64,000 nucleotides of DNA from Eutreptiella sp. 'Long Island Sound 2002' (GCA_964036045.1 OZ038379.1:21266001-21330000), one strand, 5' to 3'. Positions 38,636 to 51,260 are shown, counted from the first letter of the stretch. Translations and numbers: made by a program. Notes: generated from the letters alone by a model not told the origin.

Positions 38636-41600
38636 ATCCGCCTACTCCATCCTCACAGCACTTGCTGAGCAAGAAAATACAGACAGAACAGGACAAATTG
38701 TGCTGCAAAAGCTGAGCATTGTGTTAGACGATCCATACACACTGCATCCCTGGAGAAGGAAACAAGACGTCTGGAGGCTTGTCAAGCAACTTCAGCACAA
38801 ACGTAAGTTGCACAATTTGAGAAACAAATTCGGACACATCATACAGGAACCAGAGGCACTCGCCGCAGAGATAGTCCAATACTGGCAGCAAACCTTGCGA
38901 GCCGAGGGTGCACCTGTCCCGGAATGCAAACGCTACCTATCGCAATTTTTTTCGAACAAAAACATGCCTCTGATGGTGAGCATGCTGGTACGCTCCCCGA
39001 CGCAAGACCTAGTGGAGGCCGCACTGGACGGCCTCAGCAAAAACTCTGCACCAGGTGCAGATGGAGCACAGGCCTCCATCTACTCAGCCTTCCGAGAGTT
39101 TTTTGTCCCTCTGATGCATGACATCTATCAGCGTATTTTAAACACAGGAGAATTGAACCCGGAGTGGTCTCAGGCCATTCTCAACCCCATCCCCAAAGCA
39201 TTGGGCAGTGTGGGAGTTGCAGACCTCAGGCCGCTAGTCCTACAAAACTGCTGCCACAAGTGGACGTCCGCTATTCTGCTTTTGCAATTGCAAGACCTTG
39301 TTTCTGCTGTCACTCCAATGCACCAGTCAGGCTTTATCAAAGGTCGTTACATCCAGAACACAGTTTGGCAGGCGTTTGACTCTTGGTCGTCCATGACGCA
39401 AGGCTGTTTTGTTTCTATTGACTTTCACAAAGCCTTCGATTCGGTCACCCATGCATATGCTCAGGCCTTTTTCGAAATGATGACCTTGCCTGCAGATGTC
39501 ACACGACTGTTACTTGCATTGTTCACGGCTCAGATCATACCTGTCATACACGGCATACCCTTCAAGCATTACCCCATAAACCCAACATCGGGGGTGAGAC
39601 AAGGCTGCCCTCTCTCCCCCTCGATGTTTGCAATGCTCATTTCGCCTCTGGCTCTGAAACTGACTGCCATTTCACCACATGTCTCCATTCTTTTATATGC
39701 AGACGATTTACTTATCATCATTACACTGCCGCCTGATGAAGCTCACGCAATTTTGACACTGATCATGACAGAAATGTCATGCTTCACTGCACATACCGGC
39801 TTAAAAATGAACAAAGGCAAGTCAGCCATTCTTCTGAAAGGGGAATGGCCTCCACAACTGCAGGCTGCACTCACACAGTTGGGCATACCTATCCAGAAGA
39901 CATACAAATATCTGGGGATCCTGCTGGGACATGTCACCCCAGAACAATCCTTTTCCCTCGCACTGAATAAGGCACTGCGCAGAGCCTACTCCATGCGTTC
40001 ATGGGAACTGTCCCTCCCGGAGCGAATAGAACTCCTGAAGCTCTGGATACTCCCCCTGCTGGTGCACCCTGCCAGGGCAGTCTTTGCTGACGATAACGTT
40101 ATCTCTACACTCACACTCATCTATCACGTATCTCTGCGACTCAATTCCTGGGGCATCACGCAACCAATTCTCTCCCTCCCCAAACAGCAGGGAGGCTATG
40201 CGCTGCCTGCACCTAAGGAATTTCTACACTGGCAATTTTCTACGCTTTTTGCACGTTTCCTGAACAATTCTTCACTCATTCCTTCAACTATTGTCAGCGG
40301 CTTCCAGCCTTTTCAAATCAAACATGGAATCGTCCTAGACACCACGTCTACATTCACTTTCCAGATGGGGAGTAACGTGGTGTGGAACACCATGCCATAC
40401 CTAGCGTGGTCTGCCCGCGCCTTTTCGTTGCTCAAGCAACACATTCCACAAGCACCCCTTTCTATGCTCGCCTACGACACGCCGCTCTGGCACCACCATG
40501 CATTTCGTAATCAGCATAATCAAACGTACTATTGCCCACAGCTAATCCGAGCTGGCATCCTAACAGTGGGCAGCCTGCTGGAGGACGACAGCCTTTTCTC
40601 CCGGCTCGCACCCAGTTGGCAACCCATCTACCGGGCGGCCATCCAGCGCCTAGCTACATCACAGCCACCGTTGCCACCGGCGTATCCAGACAGATACCCA
40701 GAACTCCCAGACAGATCGCACTGGGTCAAATGGATTGACACTAAGCTCCTGAGCTATGTATCTTATCCCTATGATTTTGAGCCTAGGCAAGAACAGAAAG
40801 TGTGGAAAGCATGGTGGCGTCGCAATCTTCCCTCAGACTTGAAAGACTTTGTCCATGCTGCACTGTGGCAACGCCTGCCAGTCGGGCACAGACAGGCAAA
40901 CTGGAAGCCACTCGAAACCTGTTGTCCTCTAGACGGCTCCCTAGAGACAGTACGGCACTCCCTGCTACACTGTCGGTACCTACCAGTGGCCTATGACACC
41001 ATAGCCAAATGCTTCCCAGACTGGGGTTCGGGAGTCCTAGGTATTCAACGACTGATTGACAGTGAACCAGACAGCTCACTTCAAACCCCTGTTGGCATCC
41101 TTGCCTGGACTGCTATTTATGCCTCATGGTTGGTCCGTTGCACTGTAAAATACCATCCGGAGGCACGTCATACCTTCCAATTCTTTTTAAAACGCTGGTT
41201 GGTGGTGCTGCGCTCACTTGCACAAGCACGGTGCTATACACACATTTCTGTGGATCAAATCAAACTTTTCATTGCGGGCATTGAATCTTTGCAACATGGA
41301 GCCCTCGCACACCCATCCCTCATCATCACCCCCCCCCCTCCCCCGCCCCCACCGGCGGCGGCCAAGGCTCAACGCCGACTGGAACGCAAACAAGAGCGAG
41401 CTTCAGAGCTGGAGCAGTTGCTTCCCACACTTTCCAACGAAGGCTACACGCTAGTCTTCACCGATGGCTCGTCCGAGTTAGTCCCTGGCATTGGTAGAGT
41501 AGCAGGCTATGGGATTTTCTCCTCTGATTTATTGTCCATCTCCGCTTACGTTCCAGTGCACTTACGCCAAACCAACAACACAGCAGAGCTCTTTGCAGTG

Positions 41601-42793
41601 CTCCGCGCTATTCAATTATTGCCGCCTGGGCGGTATGCCTTTTGTTCTGATTCTTCCTACGTAATTCTAGGTGCGAGCAGTGCGGCCAGGCGCTGGAAAC
41701 TGCGCGGATGGACAGGCTCCTCCGGCCCAGTGTCCAATGTTGAAATTTGGGAGCAACTCCTCAGCGAACTAAGCCAGCCAGACAAAACCATTAAATGGGT
41801 CAAAGTCCCGTCCCACGTCACAGTGGAGGGCAACAACGAAGCAGACCGGCTGGCGGACCTAGGCCGCCTCTCCAGCCCACTACACCCCATACTGCACACA
41901 CCAAGCACCTTTTCTGATTTTTCACCACCACGGTTTACCCCTCTCAAGAAGGCACGTTTTGCAGCTACATCAACACATGATCTGTCTGAGGTCTCACGAA
42001 AAATTGTCTTTCAATCTCCAGCAGCAGTACGTTTTTCCTCCGTCACTGCAAGTGACATCCTCAGATCACTAGACCTGGAGCCTTTATCTGACTCTGACGA
42101 GTCGGGTACCATATCAGATTATAGCGACTCTGACACCGTCACCGCCGACGACGACAGTGACAATGACAGTGCCTACAGCACTGATGTTAGCGACACGAGA
42201 AAACGACGCCTCAGCCAGTAGACTGCTTTCTAAGTTTTGAATGTTTCTTCCCACAAAGACAGTATGGGAGGCAGTGTGGTATAGTGGATAGCATCGTCAG
42301 CGATGCTGGAGCCCGGGGTGCTTCCACTGAAGCACGCGGCACTTCACCCGACATATGGTCCCACAAACACACAGCTATGCAGCCTTGTCAGCTCGCACGT
42401 AATACAGCGATTGTCTACCTCCCCTTATCCCCTCCAGCAGGAGAACAGAAAGCCGTATGGTTAGGCCGAAGGAGTGCATCAGGCTATACGGCCCTGTGAT
42501 TCACTGCGACACATCAACACAGACGCAGCTTGAGGGCGTGGCTGTTTTTCATGCACCATCTAGCTCAGCAACACACAGGTATTGATCTATAGTGGTTCGC
42601 CGTCCACAGGTTATATAACAAATGCAGCTGCCACTGGCACCGCTGATTGAAACCTTTTACCTACTTGTTGTACATTGAATAGTGGAGCACCCCAACCAAG
42701 AAGGGGACACATGCATCTGTGAGAGACCCTCTGGACTAATGGCTGAAAGTGTCTATGGCGGGGACATTCAGTCGATCAGCACCGACCATTGAT
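38636..42793 (+). mobile_element. Young 5'-truncated LINE (non-LTR retrotransposon), 4158 bp, 17-bp TSD, no poly(A) tail
   Basis: TSD CCCCCTTGCGCCCGGTC at 38619-38635 and 42794-42810. The empty site is visible in R copy 1 (~29079-29095). ORF2 is uninterrupted, and the ~570-bp 3'UTR ends ...CAGCACCGACCATTGAT. Confidence 0.95.
38637..42221 (+). CDS. LINE ORF2 (truncated, endonuclease missing): reverse transcriptase + zf-RVT + RNase H, 1194 codons
   Basis: RT motifs: APGADG, RPLVLQN, QSGFIKGR, DFHKAFDSV, GVRQGCPLSP, YADD (39696-39707). Zn finger: CPLDGSLETVRHSLLHC. RNase H: VFTDGS, NNTAEL, CSDSSY, VPSH...NNEADRLA. The tail is acidic and ends in RKRR. Confidence 0.95.
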   Translation, partial: SAYSILTALAEQENTDRTGQIVLQKLSIVLDDPYTLHPWRRKQDVWRLVKQLQHKRKLHNLRNKFGHIIQEPEALAAEIVQYWQQTLRAEGAPVPECKRYLSQFFSNKNMPLMVSMLVRSPTQDLVEAALDGLSKNSAPGADGAQASIYSAFREFFVPLMHDIYQRILNTGELNPEWSQAILNPIPKALGSVGVADLRPLVLQNCCHKWTSAILLLQLQDLVSAVTPMHQSGFIKGRYIQNTVWQAFDSWSSMTQGCFVSIDFHKAFDSVTHAYAQAFFEMMTLPADVTRLLLALFTAQIIPVIHGIPFKHYPINPTSGVRQGCPLSPSMFAMLISPLALKLTAISPHVSILLYADDLLIIITLPPDEAHAILTLIMTEMSCFTAHTGLKMNKGKSAILLKGEWPPQLQAALTQLGIPIQKTYKYLGILLGHVTPEQSFSLALNKALRRAYSMRSWELSLPERIELLKLWILPLLVHPARAVFADDNVISTLTLIYHVSLRLNSWGITQPILSLPKQQGGYALPAPKEFLHWQFSTLFARFLNNSSLIPSTIVSGFQPFQIKHGIVLDTTSTFTFQMGSNVVWNTMPYLAWSARAFSLLKQHIPQAPLSMLAYDTPLWHHHAFRNQHNQTYYCPQLIRAGILTVGSLLEDDSLFSRLAPSWQPIYRAAIQRLATSQPPLPPAYPDRYPELPDRSHWVKWIDTKLLSYVSYPYDFEPRQEQKVWKAWWRRNLPSDLKDFVHAALWQRLPVGHRQANWKPLETCCPLDGSLETVRHSLLHCRYLPVAYDTIAKCFPDWGSGVLGIQRLIDSEPDSSLQTPVGILAWTAIYASWLVRCTVKYHPEARHTFQFFLKRWLVVLRSLAQARCYTHISVDQIKLFIAGIESLQHGALAHPSLIITPPPPPPPPAAAKAQRRLERKQERASELEQLLPTLSNEGYTLVFTDGSSELVPGIGRVAGYGIFSSDLLSISAYVPVHLRQTNNTAELFAVLRAIQLLPPGRYAFCSDSSYVILGASSAARRWKLRGWTGSSGPVSNVEIWEQLLSELSQPDKTIKWVKVPSHVTVEGNNEADRLADLGRLSSPLHPILHTPSTFSDFSPPRFTPLKKARFAATSTHDLSEVSRKIVFQSPAAVRFSSVTASDILRSLDLEPLSDSDESGTISDYSDSDTVTADDDSDNDSAYSTDVSDTRKRRLSQ

Positions 42794-45206
42794 CCCCCTT
42801 GCGCCCGGTCCTTCTATTGGAACATTGCAATGAACTGGCGAACCTGTTAAACACCTACCAGTTGGCTAGCTGCTCATGTACAAGAACAATGACATGTCCT
42901 CACACACTGGGGGGCACGGCTGTACCTGCACCTACGTCACGTGCAGAAACAATTTGGCCAGGCAACGGGGCGAACCACACACATGAATCTGGTGGCGGCC
43001 CAGGTGTCACACGGAGAATGGCAAAAACATTAGGTGGGGGAGGCTTTCAACGCCAACCAACAATTTTTCATGTGCTTGGCCACGGCCATACACCATCACA
43101 CCTCACACACTCTACACACGACTTACCACACACGGGTCCTGCGCACTTACAGACATGCATACATGCATGCCATCAACAGCTTTGCCACGTTTCTGCTCGG
43201 CCGCCACTAGCAGCAAATTTTCACTGAAAACTAGAGATTTGGGTGCCGCTTCCGACGCTCGTGATACCCCGGCCTGCTACCATTCATGTGTGACGATGAT
43301 CAAACCTAGGGGTTGGGCCTATGGCCCCCTCTCAACCAAATATCTTGCGTTCGGGATTTGGGGGAGTATCAGGAATACGTTGGTTCACCAGTTTCCAGTA
43401 AGAGATATGGACGGTCTAGTATTATGCGCTGTGGAGCGGCATCGTCGTTGTCGGGGGTTCGAACCCTGTTTCTCCCAACCGTCCAGGCGCCTGTTGGCGA
43501 TGCCCCCACCACAGCCCCCTTCAGCAGCCCGCTCCACCACTGGTACCGCCGGTGGATGGGTGGTGTGTCTCGTCGTCATAAGTTTTCTCCTATGCAACAC
43601 ACCGCACCACAAAATGCCACAACACCACACGTGTAGCAGTGCGCCCCGCCACCGGCGCGGCCAACCGACAGCTGGCGCATCTCGTCGTATTCTTCTTCTG
43701 CTTCAGCGGAGTTCAACCGGCAACTTCGATGCTGCCGCCGGTAGCACTATCTCTGCACTGAGGCTGCCAACAAGTACATTTCTAGACACCAATACCTACG
43801 GTTGTTGTAGGCAGACAGTGCAGGTCCTTTCTGACTCTCTTTCAGCAACCCCGAATTGGATCACATGCAAGATGTCCATGTATGCATTTCCATTGATGTT
43901 ACGAACTGAACCACACGCAAAATGATGACCATGTGTGGCTAGCCTTTTGACAGAACTCATATGGGTCGCTTCGACATGGCAGTATCCACTGCACGACCAT
44001 GCATCGGGATCCTCTGCAGGCACAGATCCAGGTCAACCCTACGGGGCGCACTATTCGTTGAGTGACTGTACTGCGCCCTGCAGCACTGATGTAGAGACCG
44101 GGTTGTGAACCCAAGTGCCTCACCGCTACTTGGCGCAGGCCTCTTGTATAACAAATAAAGAAACCCTTGGAGAATCCTTCCAAACAACGATATTTGCGGC
44201 GATTAAGGTTATATACGCAGGAGGTAAGGAAGTCAGCAAAGCACAGCATGGGCAAAGCCCGCGGCCTGCACCCTGGGCCTAGCCCCTTAGGGGGCGTACT
44301 ACGCGCTGTGCACAAAGTTTGTACAGGACCATACCCAAGCTACACAGTAGTGCCTAGTACCAGTAACAATGAGCCTTGCCATGGATTTATATGAGTTACC
44401 TGCATGCCTTGCCCTCATTTCTAGTGCATTTGTGTGTGTTGTTGTGCATGTCACTCAAAAAAGGGTACCCCTTTTGGTGCCATGGTGATACATTCGGGTC
44501 CCCTTTCTAGTTGGGGATATGGACCGGCCCCTTTCCAGTTGGGGATATGGATTGGATGTGCTTCAACGTATGCCCCCTCTGCCACGGAAGAAGTTGAAGG
44601 GAGAGAAGGCCTTGCCAAGTGGGCCACAGTCTCTCCTTTGTAGAGAGCAATTGTGGAAATAGATCAATGTGCATACCCCCCTTGGGTATCGTTCTTGTGG
44701 ACAAGTACCCCAAATGGCTATTTGATGGTGGTTTTTCCTTCTTATTGTAGGTTTTGGTGGTTTTGGCTTGAAAGAGAATTATTGTGGGCATGTGGCACCA
44801 GCAGCAGCATGTGAAAGTACCCCGGTTGCCTGTCAGCATGGAAACCAAGCCCCCCATGCCCACTTGGTATCAACATCGGTGGATTGGGGTGGTCACCAAT
44901 GGTTCTATGACCATTGATGAACATTGAATGCTGTTGACCACTGTGTTGAACATCGTGTGGTGCGGTGGTCAGCTGTGAAACAAAGGTGAATAGGTGTTTA
45001 GCAATGGTTCAATGGTGAGCCATGAACGTTGAACCCTGTTCACTGGGCGTCTTGGTCCAAAGTAAGCACGCAAGGAAGATACGAAAAATCGGGCATCCCA
45101 TTTTGGCGCAAAAACGCATGAATTGAGAATACAAGTCTTTGATATCAATACTGTGCTGCATTCTCGCTTCTCTGTCTACGTTTGGTGTTGCATCATTGCA
45201 GATGTC

Positions 45207-47358
45207 ATGACCAATCTCTGCTTGCTGACTGACCAGCAGGTTCAGGATTTCATAGCCTACGGATATCTGCAGCTCTCACCCCCGCCTTCAGAAACTGACG
45301 AGCTTGGGCCAACTTACCACAAGGATATTTTCGCCGCAGCCCTTGATCTGGGGATCAAAGCGGATGTACTTGGCAACAACATTCTGCCGGCAATGCCCGA
45401 ATTGGTCCATGTCTTCGAGTCTCAACGGGTCCATGGCGCGCTGACCAGTCTTCTGGGGCCTGGGTATGTCATGCATCCGCATCGCTTTTGTCACAAGAGT
45501 AGCCCTGGGCGCAAGGCACAGCAGTGGCACCGTGACTCGTACTGGGGGCATCACCGCCCCCGCAACCACGTGCCGTACTGGGTGATGGCTTTGTACTTCC
45601 CACAGGACACTCCCCTGGAGCTGGGCCCCACGGGGGTGTTGCCCTGCAGCCAGTACTACAGCTACGACACCGAGGATGGCCCGCCTGCGACCCCCTTCCG
45701 CTGTGGCCAGTTCTCTGCTGCGGATGTTGCACACGGTGTCCCGACAGCCTGGCATGTGCGGGAGCACCCGCTGGTGTGCCCTGCGGGAACTGTGGTGCTG
45801 ATACACTACGATTTGTGGCATCGGGGGCCCGCGAATGTGTCCGCGGACGGCGTGCGGTTCATGTTCAAGTTCCAGTTTTGCCGCATGACGAGCCCCACAG
45901 CGGCGCCGCGGGCGTGGGACTGCAGAACGACCACGCCGTGCTGGACGCGCTTCTGGAAGGAGGAGGAGCATGGCGCAGTGCCGCCGTCCGTGGAGTATGA
46001 GGCAGCAGCGGGACACGGGGCCATTGAGGAGGTCCTGGCACAACGGGGCCTGGCTCAGCTCTCGGGCATCGCCAAAGCCGAGGTGATGTTGCTGATGGAG
46101 CTCGCAACGGCGGCGATGCAGAGCTCTGCGGAGACTGGCACTGAAGGAACGGGCACAGGGGCTGGGTCAGTGACAGAGGCCGGAGGAGGAGTAGCCGTCG
46201 AGGGGGAGGAGGAGGAGGAAGGCACAGTGTCCAAACCAGGGGCAGGGGCAGGGGCAGGGGCAGGGGCAGGGGCAGGGGCAGACTTTGGAAGTGAGGCCCG
46301 GCGCATCATCGAAGCGGCATACCAGCATCGGTTGGCGGCGGAGCGTACCGCGTTCAGGAACGCGCACCTGTTGCCCGTGTGGGAGGGCGTGTGGGCCCGG
46401 CTCTGTGGCATTGCCCCCCCCCGGTGCTGATGCCAGCGACGCGCAGGTGCGGGCCTGGCAGGAAGCGCTGTGCGCGCCGGGGGCTGCGCACGAGCCCCAG
46501 CGTGTCGCTGCGGCCTGGCGGCTGGGCGGCTGGGCCTACGGGAGTGCGGAGCGGGCCCGGGCCCTCATCGCGCGGCTGAACGCTTTGGGGGTACTGCAAC
46601 GGCGTGCGGGGCTGCAGACGGTGGAGGCCATGGGACGTGTGGCGGTGCCGGCGCTGCTGGCGGTGCCCTCATTGGGAGACGGCCCCTTCGCAGTGTGCGC
46701 CCTGGGGCGTGTGCTGCACGGCACTGCGTGGGCGACAGAGGCCGGGGCGGTGGCAGGGGCGGCGATGACGGGGGCGGTGGCAGTGGGCACAACTCGGGGC
46801 GAAGAGGGCACAGTGCCCGAGGCCGGGGCAGTGACAGGGGCGGGGGCGCTACTCGACAGTGCAGGGCACCGGATTCAGCAGCTCTGCGCTTCGCCGGACC
46901 TGTCAGTGCAGTTGTGCGCTGTCGAGGCCTTGGGGTACGTCTTGCGGCCGGAGAGCGCAGGCGCACTGCTGCGCGTGGCCGCGTCGGACTGTGCGGGCGA
47001 CGTGCGGGCCGCCGCGTGCCTGGGGCTCTTGCAGCAGCTGAACGCCGGGGCGCTGGATGCGGAGCTGCCGGCCACACGCGCGAAGCTGCTGAAGCTGCAG
47101 GAATCGGAGTCGCACCGCTACGTCGCGGCGTACGCGGCGGAGGGGGTGCACCAGATTGATCGGCGCCTGCGGGAGGGCGGTGCGCTTGAGGCAGCGACGG
47201 GGCCGATGGCGCTGCGCCCGCCCGGGGCCAAGCGTACGCTTGTGCGGTGGTGCAGTCACGGGGACGGCTGGCAGGTCACGGAGGGTGTGACGGAGGAGGA
47301 GGGGCCGGTCCCTGCGCTGGTGCTCCCGGACCGTGTGAAGTTGCGGACCAATGACTAG
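45207..47358 (+). pseudogene. Second copy of the PhyH-HEAT gene, frameshifted (C9 instead of C8 at 46414-46422)
   Basis: It matches 31057-33213 except for one fewer GGGGCA unit and +1 C. The result is a 407-aa dioxygenase-only ORF (45207-46430) with the HEAT half in another frame. It could be a sequencing homopolymer error. Confidence 0.8.
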
Positions 47359-47913
47359 TCGCTGGAGTCTCGCCACCGGACCCGACCAGACGGCGGTGGG
47401 CATTGGACTTCGAAGGGGTTGGACCCTCCGGGCCCCTGTGAGACGGTGTCTGATGCGCTGTTGCTGTTGCTTTGGGTGCAGCCACGGGGCCCCCACTTGT
47501 GATGAGTGGCCAACCGCTTTTTGCATCCCACTTACGTGTGTTCAGAATACTCGGAATGAAATGGGGAACTCAAATAGGCCACAAAACCAACGGAAAACAT
47601 ATTTGACCCTCCCCTCAGGCTGCGGGTCCAGCACTGCACTGCAGCGCCCCCCATGGATGCAGCAATGCAGCTGTCATCGACTCTGAGTGTCCGCCTTGCG
47701 ATATCTCCGGTGACCTGACAGTGGATGCAACAGGCAGAGGATATCATCAGTTGGGGCCATGTGACCAGTCGTGATCCCATCAAACTCGCGACTGGTTTGC
47801 GAGTTCCCTTCCCGTGTGGCTGCCTCTTGCCACGGCTACACCTGCTGGGACGCCGACGCAAGCAGTCGATTCGACCGCTTGCCACACCAGTCCCCATCTG
47901 TTATGATGTGCAG

Positions 47914-48378
47914 TACTTTAAGGGTGAGGATGGCGACAAAGTACTGCTTGATGTGACTGTAAAGACTCCATCAGTTGATAAAAATGGTGAAGTGAGGATT
48001 TATGTTGGTGGTGGCCATTGGGTACCGTTGCTCGACTTGTCTTCTCGCCGATATGACCGCGGTGGCACACCCGGCGATAAGTTCACGCCAATACACGTGT
48101 TGGCTGCAGCTGGTGGCTCAGGGCTTGTGTGGCTCATGTGGGACAACGAAAACCAACGCCCAGTGGCTGCTAAGGTTGGCTACATGAATGAGACTTCCAT
48201 TGAAGATGAGAAGAATGTGTATGATCAAATGGTCAAGAAACTTGGGGCCAAAAAGAAGTACCTGTTGAAGGTGCATGGCTACGACAGAATCTTCAAGGTG
48301 GATCGTGGTGTCAAAACCGATGACCATCATGATTGGATCGTCACGTTGCTAGGCTTAGAGACAGGTCCATTTGGATGA
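47914..48378 (+). pseudogene. Protein kinase N-lobe fragment, copy 2
   Basis: Translation is identical to 33769-34233. Confidence 0.65.
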
Positions 48379-51260
48379 TCCAATGCACGCAGCACATTCC
48401 CAGGAAGAAGTCGGGCCCTCCCTCATGTCATGCCTTCAGTACTTTGGAAAGATAGCGCCAACAGGGAGACTGGTGGTTTGGTGGCAGCAACTCAGCACCA
48501 ACACAGCCCCAGCGGCATGATGTGGGTTCGCAGTCTGGTGCACCGCCGGGGGTGATGTGCCGCCCAACCTGCCATATGGGACAAGGGGAGGGGGTGAGGG
48601 ATGCTGGGGAGGAGTGGCTCAATCCCTCTTCATGCATTTATCTGCAGGTACCCTGGGGCCATCCTCTTGGGACTTTTGTCTGATGGCACATGTGCCTTTT
48701 TCGCCCCGTAATTGCACCTCCAGTCTGCATTGCAGCCAAAATGTTGCCCATGGCCTGCGTCTAATGTGAAGTCAATGTACCCGCCTCCCCTCTTGTCCAA
48801 GATACGGCACATTCGTGACGGCGCCTCCTGTGCACAGGGGCCGCTGCCGGTCAGGACCCGACCCCAAAAGGGAGGGGGGGGGGGGCTCTACGCCAAGATA
48901 CGGAGGGCTTGTGTGCCAAATTTTTTTGCGACCTGATTTGACTGGTCTTAATTTCCAACTGTGAGGAAACCTGCCCGGTTTGCATGCCTTTTCAGAGGTT
49001 TGTTGGTTGCAGTTGTTGTAGATATGTGATTTGGGCACCATTCTGATTGTTTTGAGCCACTGCACCTCCTTCTGGGCAGCATTTGGCGATGGCATGGACC
49101 ATTCTGGTGGACGGGTTGCCCACACTCGATGAAGTGGATGGTCCCTGGGACGAAGGTTGGCTGTGGGACTTGGGGCTTGGCAAAGGTGTTCAGGGGCAGT
49201 AGTATGTGACAAAGACCTCATGCAATCCAGTTTTCTGCCCCAACAATTTCAAGTTGCCAAAGGCTCAAGCTGAGTTGTCTTCTCACCCCAAGCCAAAGCC
49301 CAAACCCAAGCCAAGGCCGCCGGTGGCGATGTCTGATTGTTTCGAATGAAATAGGACAGTGCCTGCTCCCAATGGGGCGTACTTCTGCAATTATACTGTT
49401 CTGCATCATCGAAATGTTGTGCATTTGTGTGTGTGTTTGGCAGAAGGCACACCGTGCATGCTGTGGGTCACAGATGCAATCGTATTGTGCATGTGTCAAC
49501 CACCACAACAGGCAGCTTGTCCACAGTGGGTGCATGTACCGTATCAATCTGGGACTTCAGCTTATCTTGTACAAGGGAGGGCGGTGGGGGGATGAGAAGC
49601 ACCGTTGTGGCATTGTGTCTTTGGAATGAGATGTGTTAGTAGAAGATCAGCATGAATGTGCGTTTGTGTGTGGTTGCGCGCGTGTACCTACCCACAGCCT
49701 GTGGGGAAGTTTGCCCTTGTGCATGCACCAACGCATGATCAGCCGGATAGGAGGCATTGGCGCTGTCCCAGAAGCAGAAGAAGAAGCGGGTTCTATTGGC
49801 TCCTGTCTACGGAAATGGGCCTAAGCTCGTAGTGTGCTTTCCTTCCTTCCACAGAGCCCCTGTGGATTGACTGAAGTCATCGCCTTGGCGATCATTTTAG
49901 GCATGACTTCCCAGCTGTATTCCTTCAGCTGAGCAATTTGGCTTGGCTTTGCCGATCCTCTTTGCTTGTTGTGCTCTCTTTTTGGTGTTGACCTGCCCTC
50001 AGCCTGAGCAGTGCAGGGGGCCATGATGGCACGGCAGAGCATGCTATTGAACCAGTCCACTCAGGAGGCTCTTCGTGGGGGTAGGATTCCTGTCGAAAGG
50101 TAGTTGCTGTACATCTGCCAGGCAGTGTGATGCAGTGCCTGCAGTTGGTGTCGCCGGCTGCTTTCCCACGGTTGTCTGGCCCCAGAGAGTCGCCCACCGT
50201 AACCATGATTTCACTATGCAGTTTGAGGAACACTTTGCATCTGATGTGTGACGTGCATCGCCATGCTTGCTCTCCCATGTCACACTCCTCGAAGACGATG
50301 GATGCAATGAAGTCCATCAGCACGGGGTGCTGCATGCATCCTGTGTTGTGCCATGCCATATGAACCGACTTGGCATGCCCCCTTGTGACAGCAACGCCCT
50401 TGTCAGAGCAACAGTAAGTGTTGTTTGCAACTCTTGGAACCATGTCTTGCTTTGCCCTTTGTAAAGACATTCCATTGTCAGAGCAACAGTCGGTGATGTT
50501 TCCCTCAAATTTTGGGAAATTAGTGTTGCTCTCGCAAGGAGGGGGCGGGGTACGACTGTCCTCGATGGGGAAAAAAAAAACACTCGTTCCATCACCAAAA
50601 AATGTTGCACAACACAGCAAAATAAATGAAATTGCCTAGCCAGTCAGCAACAGTTGTTGGGCAGCTACGGACACCACTTGCCATTCCCTGATAACAAATA
50701 GCATTTACCTGAAAGACGTTTACAGTAGTCTGTACTTGATCACTGAAATTCGGCAATTAATTGACAGGTTTAGCTGATACCTCAGGCCAAGAAGATTAAG
50801 GGGGAGCGTTAGCGCGCCGGGCGCGCGCCAGGCATCTTTTTTTGACCATTACCCACCCATGCCTGTTTTTGCCCCCACCTCACCAAACAATTTGGAGTAC
50901 ATTCTTGCTGTGTCTAAGAATTTGGCCCATCCTTTGTACCCAGTTCATGACGATGGCAAGGGTGGTGGTTGGAAGTGGTGGGAGTGACATTTTGTGTTGT
51001 TGAATTCTCATATTTCGGCTTATACCCCCCCCCCCTTGCAAACTCCCCCCCTTGCAATCTCCCCCCCCCCACCCGGGAGACCGTCACTTCCATGTTTTTC
51101 TACTTAATATGTATTGTGCTGGTTTGTGTTGCCCATCTGCTTTACGCATGGTCTTGCATTGCTTTCCCATTACTTTGAATCAAGCACCTGTGTGTGTTCT
51201 GTGATATTCTCTCTCCAAAGGCGTTGTATGGGTGTGTTGTGTTGCTACTTCAGACCCAAG

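Larger units (their letters stand above)
35656..43867 (+). repeat. Direct repeat R, copy 2, interrupted by a 4.16-kb LINE
   Basis: Same start as copy 1. It resumes after the LINE at 42811 with CTTCTATTGGAACATTG. Confidence 0.92.

Noticed and set aside
38598-38636. Track start of the 1207-aa ORF as the LINE's true start
   Set aside because: These codons belong to the target site. The element begins at 38636 in mid-ORF and lacks its endonuclease and own start.
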